41,385 nucleotides of DNA, from the IMG/VR virus record IMGVR_UViG_3300031951_000404. One strand, given 5' to 3'. Each line of letters opens with the position of its first letter. The first letter of the stretch is position 1. Under the pieces are notes generated by a model that worked only from the letters and a program-made list of their open reading frames with translations, searched no databases and had not been told where the DNA came from. The position numbers and the translations under genes are program-made. Positions 6,556 to 14,896 of the stretch are shown here, piece by piece. The DNA comes from a virus.

Positions 6556-7091
6556 TGGGTGAGCGTCCTTCCGAATATGCCCGCGACAGCAATGATTGGT
6601 ACGTTGAGCCGGAATGGGCGGTTGAGGCTTTGAAAGCCCGCGTTCCGCTTATCGGCCAAATCCATGATCCGTGTTGCGGGATGGGTACGATTCCGCGCGT
6701 CATGGGCGGCACGGGTGCTGATCTGGTGGACCGGGGATATGGCTTCCCGCAGCGGGACTTTCTCAAGGACTTCGCAGCTTACGACAACATTGTCACCAAT
6801 CCGCCTTACGGCATTGCACAGCAGATCATTGAACACGCCTTGAGGACTGCCAAGTGGCGGGTTGCGGCGCTTGTCCAGGTGAAGTTTCTGGCCTCACAGC
6901 GCCGTCACGGCCTGTTCACGCGAGATGAAACAGAGAAGGTGCTGATGTTCAGCCGCCGCCCGTCCATGCCGCCCGGTGAAATTCTGGAAGAGAAGGGCGA
7001 AGACGTGCGCGGTGGAGGGTCAATAGACTTCTGTTGGATTGTGTGGTGCCGGGGCAATCTTGCGCCCACGGTTATTGATTGGGTGAAGTGA
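6555..7091 (+). CDS. Small SAM-dependent DNA methyltransferase (NPPY type, N6-A or N4-C)
   Basis: Motif I HDPCCGMGTI and motif IV VTNPPYG. 178 aa. TAATG overlap upstream. Confidence 0.8.
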   Translation: MGERPSEYARDSNDWYVEPEWAVEALKARVPLIGQIHDPCCGMGTIPRVMGGTGADLVDRGYGFPQRDFLKDFAAYDNIVTNPPYGIAQQIIEHALRTAKWRVAALVQVKFLASQRRHGLFTRDETEKVLMFSRRPSMPPGEILEEKGEDVRGGGSIDFCWIVWCRGNLAPTVIDWVK

Positions 7092-7177
7092 TGACCGAAG
7101 CAAACGCCCTCGTCCTGATGGTGCTAACCCCGCTTTTGATCGCGGCTATCGTCTGGTGCCTCGCCACAATTCTGTAA
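7091..7177 (+). CDS. Micro-ORF, 28-aa single-TM peptide MTEANALVLMVLTPLLIAAIVWCLATIL
   Basis: Hand translation. Its ATG overlaps the methyltransferase stop (TGATG). Confidence 0.3.
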   Translation: MTEANALVLMVLTPLLIAAIVWCLATIL

Positions 7178-7186
7178 CAATCTAAG

Positions 7187-7195
7187 TGCTATATT
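7187..7195 (+). promoter_or_regulatory. Candidate extended -10 element (TGcTATATT) of a late promoter
   Basis: It is the only strong sigma70-like element I found in the 211-bp gap before the late genes. The -35 is poor. Confidence 0.3.
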
Positions 7196-7388
7196 GCGCG
7201 CTTACGTTTCGCATACGGCGCTCAAGTGGGTTAGCCCCGTGCCTGCGGTCCTCGTCTCTGGCGAGGCGACGTGAGCAATTACGCCAAATTCCCCCATTCC
7301 CGGCCAGCCCCGGCTAGCTCAACCAGCATTGCGTAACAGAGTCCGTGTGCGCCTGCGCCGGGAACCCCTTCACAGCACCAGGAGCCCA

Positions 7389-7577
7389 ATGACCGATCAC
7401 CTGACCCATTCAGGCGCTCACGCCCTTGCCCAACACATCCGAGACTATTGGGCAAAGCGAGGCAAGACGGTCAAGACAAGGGTTGTGGAGCAGCGTTCGC
7501 CCAAGAACCTCCACGATGTCCCGAACAGCTTCTACGCCGTCCGCTCCGACATGGTGGGCGGGCTGCCCCGATCCTAA
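7389..7577 (+). CDS. Hypothetical protein (62 aa)
   Basis: Internal ATG preceded by caGGAGccca. First ORF after the long intergenic gap. Confidence 0.5.
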   Translation: MTDHLTHSGAHALAQHIRDYWAKRGKTVKTRVVEQRSPKNLHDVPNSFYAVRSDMVGGLPRS

Positions 7578-7600
7578 TCAGCAACTTAAGAGGTTACGTT

Positions 7601-7765
7601 ATGTCACTGTATTCAGCAGGCAAGAAGAGCGGTTCCACCACCGCCGAAATGGGCAAGAAGCCCAACAGCGTCGGCACCAAGGTCATGCACTCATCGGGCA
7701 AGGGTTCCGGCACCGCCCGCGATGGCGATCCCAAAGGCGCTCCCGCTATGGGCAAGGGCAAGTGA
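7601..7765 (+). CDS. Hypothetical Lys/Gly/Ser-rich basic protein (54 aa)
   Basis: ATG preceded by aAGAGGttacgtt. Product MSLYSAGKKSGSTTAEMGKKPNS...GKGK. Confidence 0.45.
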   Translation: MSLYSAGKKSGSTTAEMGKKPNSVGTKVMHSSGKGSGTARDGDPKGAPAMGKGK

Positions 7766-7803
7766 CGCAAGGTCATTCCTGATAATACAGGGAAACAACA
7801 GGA

Positions 7804-8058
7804 ATGCAGTTTGAAAAGGGCAAAAGCGGAAACCCCGCAGGCCGCCCTCCTGGCGCAAAGAACAAGATAGCGGACAAGTTCATCACCGCTCTCACGGCTG
7901 ACTTTGAACAGCACGGGGAAACGGTGATTGAACGGGTGCGCGCCGAGAAGCCGGATACCTATCTCAAAATTGTTGCTGATCTGGTTCCGAAAGACATGAT
8001 TGTCGGGTCTGACGGAAACGGGCGTTTGGTGTTTGGATGGCTGCCGAGCAGCGAATAA
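7804..8058 (+). CDS. terS: Putative terminase small subunit (DUF5681-like)
   Basis: The FEKGKSGNPAGRPPGAKNK N-terminus is characteristic. It lies immediately upstream of, and overlaps, the large terminase gene. Confidence 0.6.
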   Translation: MQFEKGKSGNPAGRPPGAKNKIADKFITALTADFEQHGETVIERVRAEKPDTYLKIVADLVPKDMIVGSDGNGRLVFGWLPSSE

Positions 8059-9344
8059 TAATCCCTTATGCTCCGCGCCGTCATTTCCTCCCCTATCACA
8101 GCAGCGACAAGCGGTGGCGGATCATCGTGGCGCACCGAAGGGCGGGAAAGACAGTCGCATGTGTGAATGGCCTGATCCGGTCTGCGCTAACCTGTCCACG
8201 GCCTGAACCAAGGGTCGCCTATGTCGCGCCGCTCTTCAAGCAGGCAAAAGACGTTGCTTGGAGCTACCTCAAGGAGTTCACCCGTGAAATCCCTGGGCGA
8301 TTGGTTAACGAAAGTGAGCTTCGTGTTGACCTTCCTAATGGTGGTCGTGTTCGCCTTTACGGTGCCGATAATCCTGATGCTTTACGCGGTCTGTATCTTG
8401 ATGACGCCGTTCTCGACGAGTTCGCCGACATGCGGCCTCGCTTCCTTCCAGAAGTTATCCGCCCCGCTCTATCAGACAGGCGCGGAACTTTAACGCTCAT
8501 CGGTACACCAAAAGGCCACAACGAGTTCTATGACCGCTGGCTGGGTGCCGAGAACGACGCGGAGTGGTTTCGCATGATGCTCAAGGCATCTGAAACCGGG
8601 ATTGTAGACGCCGAAGAACTGGCATCCGCTGCCAAGATGATGTCGGAAGCGCAGTATGCTCAAGAGTACGAATGCAGTTTTGAGGCAAGTATTGAGGGCG
8701 CTTATTGGGGCCTACTCCTTGAGAAAGCTGCGCAAGAGGGCCGCATTGCCCCGCTGCCGCACAACCCTGCACTTCCCGTGTTTACAGCATGGGACCTGGG
8801 AGTCGGAGACGATACAAGCATCTGGTTCGCGCAGAGGTCTGGCGGTTGGATTCACGTCATCGACCACTATGCAACCAATGGGCAGGCCGCAAGCCACTAT
8901 CTGGATGTTCTTCGGGCCAAGCCCTATACCTATGCCCGTCACTTTCTGCCGCATGATGCCGAGAACCGCGAATGGACCAACGGCAAATCAAGGCTCGACA
9001 CGCTCAAGGCGCTCGGCCTTCAGAATTGTAAAGTGATCCCCAGGATGGCGGTTGACGATGGCATCAACGCCGTTCGCTTGTTGCTTCCGACATGCCGTTT
9101 CGATGCGCAAAATTGTGCGCAAGGGCTGGAGAGCCTTCGCCAGTACCGCCGCGAATATGACGAGAACAAGCGCGTGTTCAAGCCGTCGCCGCTCCATGAT
9201 TGGACAAGCCACGACGCTGACGCCTTCCGCTATCTCGCCACAGGGCTTGAGCCTGACGCAGCCGTGCCGCCAGACATTCCCCGCTATGCGGGCCGCAGAC
9301 GGCGCGGTGAAGCCTTCGATGACAATTCCGGGTGGGCTGCATAA
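8037..9344 (+). CDS. terL: Terminase large subunit
   Basis: Walker A-like AHRRAGKTVA, Walker B-like LYLDDAVLDEFADM, and a C-terminal nuclease-like region (WDLGVGDDTSIW ... HDA...). 435 aa. Confidence 0.85.
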   Translation: MAAEQRIIIPYAPRRHFLPYHSSDKRWRIIVAHRRAGKTVACVNGLIRSALTCPRPEPRVAYVAPLFKQAKDVAWSYLKEFTREIPGRLVNESELRVDLPNGGRVRLYGADNPDALRGLYLDDAVLDEFADMRPRFLPEVIRPALSDRRGTLTLIGTPKGHNEFYDRWLGAENDAEWFRMMLKASETGIVDAEELASAAKMMSEAQYAQEYECSFEASIEGAYWGLLLEKAAQEGRIAPLPHNPALPVFTAWDLGVGDDTSIWFAQRSGGWIHVIDHYATNGQAASHYLDVLRAKPYTYARHFLPHDAENREWTNGKSRLDTLKALGLQNCKVIPRMAVDDGINAVRLLLPTCRFDAQNCAQGLESLRQYRREYDENKRVFKPSPLHDWTSHDADAFRYLATGLEPDAAVPPDIPRYAGRRRRGEAFDDNSGWAA

Positions 9345-9730
9345 TGGCTGACATGAGCAACATGCCGTTTGGCTTTGCGCCATCCGAACCGATGAAACAG
9401 ACGAAGCAGCCGCCGCTTCGCCCGTTTCGCCCCGGTGAACAAATCACCAATCCTGATGGTTCCTATAGTACCGAAGTCACGACAACGGTTGAGGATGGCA
9501 GGGGCGGGTGGATGGTTATCCCACAGTTGTGGATGAGTCCGAATGGTGTCGTTGATTTGCGCGACAAGCCAGACCTTGCCGCGTCCACGGCCATTCATTT
9601 GCGGGACAATTTCGGGCTTCAGTTCCCATCGTTTAAGACAGTTTCCGAAGCCGATATGTTTGCGCGTCAGCGTTCAGACATGGGGGGCGCGGGGCAAGGC
9701 AGCATTGTGAGACCGCCTTATGGCCGATGA
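9344..9730 (+). CDS. Hypothetical protein between terminase and portal
   Basis: Its ATG overlaps the terL stop (TAATG). 128 aa. Confidence 0.6.
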   Translation: MADMSNMPFGFAPSEPMKQTKQPPLRPFRPGEQITNPDGSYSTEVTTTVEDGRGGWMVIPQLWMSPNGVVDLRDKPDLAASTAIHLRDNFGLQFPSFKTVSEADMFARQRSDMGGAGQGSIVRPPYGR

Positions 9731-11366
9731 AATGATGGACATGGAAGGCGATGACTTGCTTCTGGAAATTCGCCAGAGGTACGAGGCCGCGCGTTCCCAT
9801 GCGTCCAAGTGGCGTGAAGAGGCCCGCGAGGTGTTCGACTTGTACGCTGGTCGCCAATGGTCCGAACAGGACCGCCAGAAGCTGATCGAACAGCAGCGTG
9901 TCCCGGTGACGTTCAACCGCGTGGCCATCCTCATTGATGCCGTGATTGGCTATGAGGTCAACAACCGCCAGGAAACGCGCTACATCCCGCGCACGCCCGG
10001 TGATGCCAAGGTCAACGAACTGCTGACCGAAGCGGCGAACTATTTCCGCGACGCCTGTGATGCCGAGTTTGAGGAGTCCGACGCCTTCCGCGATATGTGC
10101 ATCTGCGGCATGGGCTGGACGAATGACCGCATCACCGACGAACGCAACCCTGACTATGATCTGGTTCGGGACCGCGTTGATCCGCTGCGTATGCTGTGGG
10201 ACCCGTCAAGCCGCAAGCCGAACCTTGAGGACGCGCGTTACATCTTTTACGAGACAACCTATTCCAAGGACGAAGCAAAGGCGCTGGTTCCTGAGTGGGA
10301 TGGCGAATACGTCCACGCCGATTGGCTGGGCGATGACGTGGATGACACCATCGGCAGCGAGAACCCGCGCGATAGCTACAAGGGCCAGGACGATGCCCGC
10401 TCTGCCACCCGCAATGTCCGTGTGCTTGAATACCAGTATGTCGTGGACAAGATCGAACACGTCATAACCAACCCGAAAACGGGCGAAGTTGCGTCCATGA
10501 CGGACGAGGAATGGTTCGCCCTCAAGGAAGACGAACACAAGGCATTCGCCCCCGTCCACGCCACGCGACGCACCCGCGAATGGAAGCGGTGTTTCATGAT
10601 TGGCGGTGAGCATTTCCACGTCGAACACCCGTACCCCAAGGGGCCGACCTATCACTGCATCACTGGCAAGCGTGACCGCAACACGGGCTACTGGTTCGGC
10701 CTTCTGCGTTCGCTTCGTGATCCGCAGATGTGGTCAAACAAGTTCCTCTCGCAGATCATGCACCTCATCAACACGTCGGCCAAACCCGGCTATGACATTG
10801 AGAAGGGTGCCATTGACAACGTGGCCAGCTTCGAGGCCAAGGCCGCAAGGCCGGGTGCCATCAACGTGTTCAGCGACGGCTCACTCCAGCAGGGCCGTGT
10901 TCAGCGCCGCGAGGCCGTGGGCCTGCCGCCCGATCTGGCGAACCTCATGACTTACGCCAACGAGTCGATGCAAAACGTGAGCGGCGTCAACTCTGAACTC
11001 CTGGGCATGGCTGACCGTGAGCAGGCGGGCGTCCTCGAATACCAGCGCAAACAGTCCGCAGTGACGTTGCTTGCACCGCTGTTTGACAGCTTCCGTCGTT
11101 ACCGCAAGATGGCGGGCCGTTGTTGGTTGTATTTCATGCAGAAGTATTTGACCGACGGGCGTCTGATCCGCATCACCACGGACGATGGCGGGCAGATGAA
11201 CGTCCCGTTCCAGAAGGGGCAGATCCCCAACCCGGCCTTTGCTGGCGCTCCGCAGATGCCCCCTGGCATGATGGGCGGTCAGCCGCCGATGCCGCCGCAG
11301 GGCTTGGCCATGCCTGCCGAAACCGCGCCCATGCCCATGCCTCAATTGGGGGTGCCGAATGGATAA
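9720..11366 (+). CDS. Portal protein
   Basis: 548 aa, following terL. LYAGRQWSEQDRQKLIEQQRVPVTFNRV is a typical portal N-terminal motif. The C-terminal tail is Pro/Met-rich. Confidence 0.8.
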   Translation: MADEMMDMEGDDLLLEIRQRYEAARSHASKWREEAREVFDLYAGRQWSEQDRQKLIEQQRVPVTFNRVAILIDAVIGYEVNNRQETRYIPRTPGDAKVNELLTEAANYFRDACDAEFEESDAFRDMCICGMGWTNDRITDERNPDYDLVRDRVDPLRMLWDPSSRKPNLEDARYIFYETTYSKDEAKALVPEWDGEYVHADWLGDDVDDTIGSENPRDSYKGQDDARSATRNVRVLEYQYVVDKIEHVITNPKTGEVASMTDEEWFALKEDEHKAFAPVHATRRTREWKRCFMIGGEHFHVEHPYPKGPTYHCITGKRDRNTGYWFGLLRSLRDPQMWSNKFLSQIMHLINTSAKPGYDIEKGAIDNVASFEAKAARPGAINVFSDGSLQQGRVQRREAVGLPPDLANLMTYANESMQNVSGVNSELLGMADREQAGVLEYQRKQSAVTLLAPLFDSFRRYRKMAGRCWLYFMQKYLTDGRLIRITTDDGGQMNVPFQKGQIPNPAFAGAPQMPPGMMGGQPPMPPQGLAMPAETAPMPMPQLGVPNG

Positions 11367-12255
11367 AGGCGCTATCTCACAGCAGCCCTATCTGACGTTC
11401 TTTCAGGACGATACGGCTGAATATGACGTGATTGTAGATCAATCCTCGTCAGCGCCGAACCTGAAAGAAGCGACTTGGGGCGCAATCCAGCCGTTGCTGC
11501 CGATTGTCGGGCCGACGATGGGACCGGAAGAAATGGCGCTGGTGCTTGAATATTCGCCCATGCCCGAATCGTTCCTTGAGAAGTTCAAGGCGCTTCAGGA
11601 GCAGAAGGCACAGCAGCCGCCCCCGCCCGACCCGGAAATGATGAAGGTTGAGGCGATGAAGCAGGCCAAGGCCGCCGAATTGCAGATGCGCCAGCAAGAG
11701 GCTCAGGTTGAGATGCAAGTTGAGGCGCAAAAGAACGCGCAACAGATGCAGCTCGAACAGCAGAAAGCCGCCGCACAGATTGAGCTTGAACGCATGAAAG
11801 CAGCCGCAAACATCCAGCTTGAGCGGGAAAAGGCTCAGGTCGAGTTGATGATGGACCGTGAGCGCATGGCCTTCGATTCCGAACGGATGAAGGGCGAAAT
11901 GGCGCTCAAGGCGTCTTCTGCCAAGGCTGACATGGGCATCAAGGCGTCAATGGCCCGCCTGGACATGCAGGGCAAGGCCGCCATGGCCAAGCCTGAGAGC
12001 GAAGGCGAGGAATCCGAAGACGAAGGCCATGAAATGCCGGAAGCGGAAGACATGGACCTGTTCGGCAACAAGGCGCTTGCCGATTCCATGACGCAGATGG
12101 CGCAGGCGCTCACCGAAATGGCAAGGGCCAACGCCGAGAGCCAGCGCATGATGGCTGAAGGGATTGCCGCACTCGGCAGCGAACTCAGTCAGGCAATGAC
12201 CAAACCCAAGCAGATTGTTCGGGGGCCTGATGGCCGCGCAATAGGAGTCCAGTAA
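11359..12255 (+). CDS. Coiled-coil Gln/Glu/Lys/Met-rich protein (scaffold-like; the N-terminus may belong to the portal)
   Basis: 298 aa, with an 8-nt overlap with the portal ORF. Long low-complexity helical repeats (AQVEMQVEAQKNAQQMQLEQQKAAAQIELERMK) and an acidic stretch EGEESEDEGHEMPEAED. Confidence 0.55.
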   Translation: MDKGAISQQPYLTFFQDDTAEYDVIVDQSSSAPNLKEATWGAIQPLLPIVGPTMGPEEMALVLEYSPMPESFLEKFKALQEQKAQQPPPPDPEMMKVEAMKQAKAAELQMRQQEAQVEMQVEAQKNAQQMQLEQQKAAAQIELERMKAAANIQLEREKAQVELMMDRERMAFDSERMKGEMALKASSAKADMGIKASMARLDMQGKAAMAKPESEGEESEDEGHEMPEAEDMDLFGNKALADSMTQMAQALTEMARANAESQRMMAEGIAALGSELSQAMTKPKQIVRGPDGRAIGVQ

Positions 12256-12256
12256 G

Positions 12257-12673
12257 ATGGCAACATTCGTCAAGTATGAGCCTTTCATTCAGTTTCTTAT
12301 CAACGAGGAAGTGGACGCATTCGGCACCGAAGACACGTTCCGCGCCGTCATCCATTCCGATGCGCCAGTTGTGGCCACGGATGACGAGTTGGCCGACCTG
12401 ACGCAAGTCACTGGAACAGGCTATACGGCGGGCGGCGAGGATATTCAGAACAACTCAACCCGCTCCGGTGGAACCGTGACCATGACCGCTGTCGATGTGG
12501 TGTGGACGGCAACCGCTGCCGATTGGGCCGCTGGCCGCTACGTTAGCATTCACGATGACACGTCCACCACGGACAAGCTGATGAATTCTTACGACTATGC
12601 CGCATCCTTCACGCTCGGCAACGGAGAGACGTTTACCCTCGATTTTGCGGCCTCTCTCGCCACCTTCGCATGA
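12257..12673 (+). CDS. Hypothetical virion-module protein (138 aa)
   Basis: ORF in the structural string. No motif recognised. Confidence 0.6.
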   Translation: MATFVKYEPFIQFLINEEVDAFGTEDTFRAVIHSDAPVVATDDELADLTQVTGTGYTAGGEDIQNNSTRSGGTVTMTAVDVVWTATAADWAAGRYVSIHDDTSTTDKLMNSYDYAASFTLGNGETFTLDFAASLATFA

Positions 12674-13035
12674 TGCAGGACGCCATTCCGTGGGGCAACC
12701 AGCCCCGAACCCTTGCCTGGGAACCGCTGGACAGTCAGCACATTCTGGCCTGCCCGCGCATTCCGCTTGAGCGTGCCTTGCGTCTCTGCCCGTCTGTGCA
12801 GAGGTTCCATGACAAGGTTGTCAACAACGCGCCGAATGAGTGCTGCCATCAGGTGGCGAACATCGAAATAGAGGCTTGGTATTCCTGCCCCACGGATCAG
12901 GCCAAGGGGATACCGGACATATACAAGCTGCATTGCTCTTGCGGGCGCTGCCATGTGAGCTTCTGTGTCGGGGGAAGCCGCAACCCGGTGACGGGTGAAG
13001 TCACGCATCCGCGCCCCTTTTGGGAGGTTCGGTAA
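12670..13035 (+). CDS. Hypothetical Cys-rich protein (9 Cys, HCSCGRCH knuckle)
   Basis: ATGA overlap upstream. 121 aa. Confidence 0.5.
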   Translation: MMQDAIPWGNQPRTLAWEPLDSQHILACPRIPLERALRLCPSVQRFHDKVVNNAPNECCHQVANIEIEAWYSCPTDQAKGIPDIYKLHCSCGRCHVSFCVGGSRNPVTGEVTHPRPFWEVR

Positions 13036-13791
13036 ATGGTTGTCAGTCTTACCCATACAACCGTTGCAGTCGGAACGGACGCCGGGAACGGCGAAATCCG
13101 AAAGAACCAGTGGAACGAGGAGCACACGCTCACACAAGCCACTGCGCGTCTGCTTGGGCGCACGACGGCGGGAACGGGTGCGACGGAGGAGATCAGCGCA
13201 GGCACAGGTTTGACGCTTAGTGGTGGTTCGCTTTCCGTTACTGGCGGCGCTTACGCAGCCGCAGGGGACATCGTCGGCCAGCAGACCATATGGGTTCCAG
13301 CGGGGGCGATGATCTCGCGTACCACGAGCGGGGCCGCGACAGGCACGGTTGAGACAGCAACCAATCGCGTCATGCTTGCGACGTTGGATTTTGACACGGC
13401 CACGCAGGAATTCGCCCAGTTCGCCGTCCAGATGCCGAAAGGTTGGAACGAGGGCACGCTGATCTGCCAGTTCGTGTGGTCGCACCCTTCGACTACCACC
13501 AACTTCGGTGTGGTGTGGGCCATTGAAGCAGTCGCTTTTGCGAATGATGACGCCGCTGATACAGCCTTTGGTACTGCCGTGCAGGTGGCCGATACGGGCG
13601 GCACGACAAACGACATATACATTAGCGACGAGACGGGGGCGTTGACTGTGGCGGGTTCGCCGGGGGCAGAAGAGTGGGTTGTATTCCAGGTCAAGCGCGT
13701 GCCCGCTGACGGCTCTGACACGATGGCCGTGGACGCCCGCCTGCATGGCGTGAAAATACACTACACCACCGATGCCGCGAAGGACGACTGA
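13036..13791 (+). CDS. Fibre/spike-like structural protein
   Basis: NQWNEEH...ARLLGRTTAGTGATEEISAGTGLTLSGGSLS is an N-terminal pattern common in alphaproteobacterial phage fibre proteins. Confidence 0.55.
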   Translation: MVVSLTHTTVAVGTDAGNGEIRKNQWNEEHTLTQATARLLGRTTAGTGATEEISAGTGLTLSGGSLSVTGGAYAAAGDIVGQQTIWVPAGAMISRTTSGAATGTVETATNRVMLATLDFDTATQEFAQFAVQMPKGWNEGTLICQFVWSHPSTTTNFGVVWAIEAVAFANDDAADTAFGTAVQVADTGGTTNDIYISDETGALTVAGSPGAEEWVVFQVKRVPADGSDTMAVDARLHGVKIHYTTDAAKDD

Positions 13792-13794
13792 CCT

Positions 13795-14448
13795 GTGTTG
13801 ATGGTCAACCAGCTGAACGGCTTTGGTGTGGGCCGCCGCCCGTTTCTTACATACATCGGAAGCACCTATTCTCCCGACGACGCAACCACAATTACCTTTA
13901 CCGGGGCGGGCATTGGGAGCGTTGCTTCGGACAGGTATGTCGCCGTTTCGGCTGTAGGCTTTAATCTGAGCAGCACATGTCAACCGACAACGCTGACTGT
14001 CGGGGGGCAGGCAACGACAAGGCTTGTCGTCTCATCGGCCATCCCCGGCGCTGGCGCTGGCATATTCGTCACCGATGCCCCAGTCCAAAGCGGCACCACG
14101 GCAAACATCGCCGTCACATTTTCCTCAGTCTCTGATGAAGCATACATAGATGTCTACACGATAACGCGCGCACGCCCCTTCCTGGCCGATACGCTGGCCT
14201 TGCGCGGCACGTCGCTATCGGGCGGCCTCGACGTTTACGGCGGCAGTTGTGCGATTGGTATCGCGGGGTTTGACAATACGGGCAGCTATTCCTGGACCGG
14301 ACTGACGGAAGATTTTGAATACACCGACTACGTCGTGTCGGCATCGCAAAACTTTTCGGCAAGCGAAATCAACAGAACCGTTTCCGCTTCGATCACAGGG
14401 GGATCGACCGGAGCGGGTGACTTTCTTCTCGCGGCGTCTTTTTACTAG
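13795..14448 (+). CDS. Structural-module protein, paralogue of 33108-33755
   Basis: 217 aa. Shares length and a motif series with the 215-aa protein (LNGFG/LSGIAG, SDR-V-V-V, TVGG/TIGG, CAIGI, W-G-EDF, A-FY/ATF). Confidence 0.6.
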   Translation: MLMVNQLNGFGVGRRPFLTYIGSTYSPDDATTITFTGAGIGSVASDRYVAVSAVGFNLSSTCQPTTLTVGGQATTRLVVSSAIPGAGAGIFVTDAPVQSGTTANIAVTFSSVSDEAYIDVYTITRARPFLADTLALRGTSLSGGLDVYGGSCAIGIAGFDNTGSYSWTGLTEDFEYTDYVVSASQNFSASEINRTVSASITGGSTGAGDFLLAASFY

Positions 14449-14460
14449 CGGAGAACAGCA

Positions 14461-14886
14461 TTGACCGAGTACGCCCTTCTCATCGGCGGAGAGTTTCAGG
14501 AAACCCGCCGCTTCGCGGAGAAGCCCGAGGACATCCCGCACAAGCTCGCCACTTGGCACGATGTCTCGCGCGCGACCAAGCCTGCATCGACACTAACGCA
14601 GGACCCGGCAGAGCAATGGTCACTGATCGACGGCGTGTGGACTCAAGCATGGACGATGGTCGATGTGAGCCCGGAGGAAGCCGCAATTCGTCAGCAGCGA
14701 GCAGCGGACGCGGCGGATCGCGAAGCCGTCAAGGGTGACACCTTTGTCCAGAACTTCATCGCCATGACCCCGGATCAGGTCAGCACCTACATCAACGCCA
14801 ACACAAACAACCTTGCTGAGGTCCGCGCGCTGCTGAACAAGATGGCGCTTATGATGCTGGTTCTGGCGCGCAAGCAGTACAGGTAA
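14461..14886 (+). CDS. Hypothetical protein (TTG start), possible fibre-assembly factor
   Basis: 141-aa ORF between two fibre-like genes. The function is a guess from position. Confidence 0.5.
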   Translation: MTEYALLIGGEFQETRRFAEKPEDIPHKLATWHDVSRATKPASTLTQDPAEQWSLIDGVWTQAWTMVDVSPEEAAIRQQRAADAADREAVKGDTFVQNFIAMTPDQVSTYINANTNNLAEVRALLNKMALMMLVLARKQYR

Positions 14887-14896
14887 GGGCTAGCCG

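Noticed and set aside
7339-7343. An ops-like NusG-paralogue recruitment site in the late leader
   Set aside because: The nearest string (ggcgaggcgacgtg, around 7261-7274) only loosely resembles GGCGGTAGCGTG. That is too weak to call.
7178-7388. tRNA or other structured RNA gene in the largest + strand gap
   Set aside because: I could find no cloverleaf elements (no GTTCGAATC-type T-loop and no acceptor pairing), only short 4-5 bp stems. The gap is treated as a promoter/leader region instead.
12595-13983. 462-aa ORF on the minus strand, the longest minus-strand ORF in the late region
   Set aside because: It runs antisense to four translationally coupled + strand genes. Its Arg/Cys/His/Gly-rich composition is non-protein-like and is typical of the antisense frame of high-GC coding DNA. 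It has no motifs and no ribosome-binding site.
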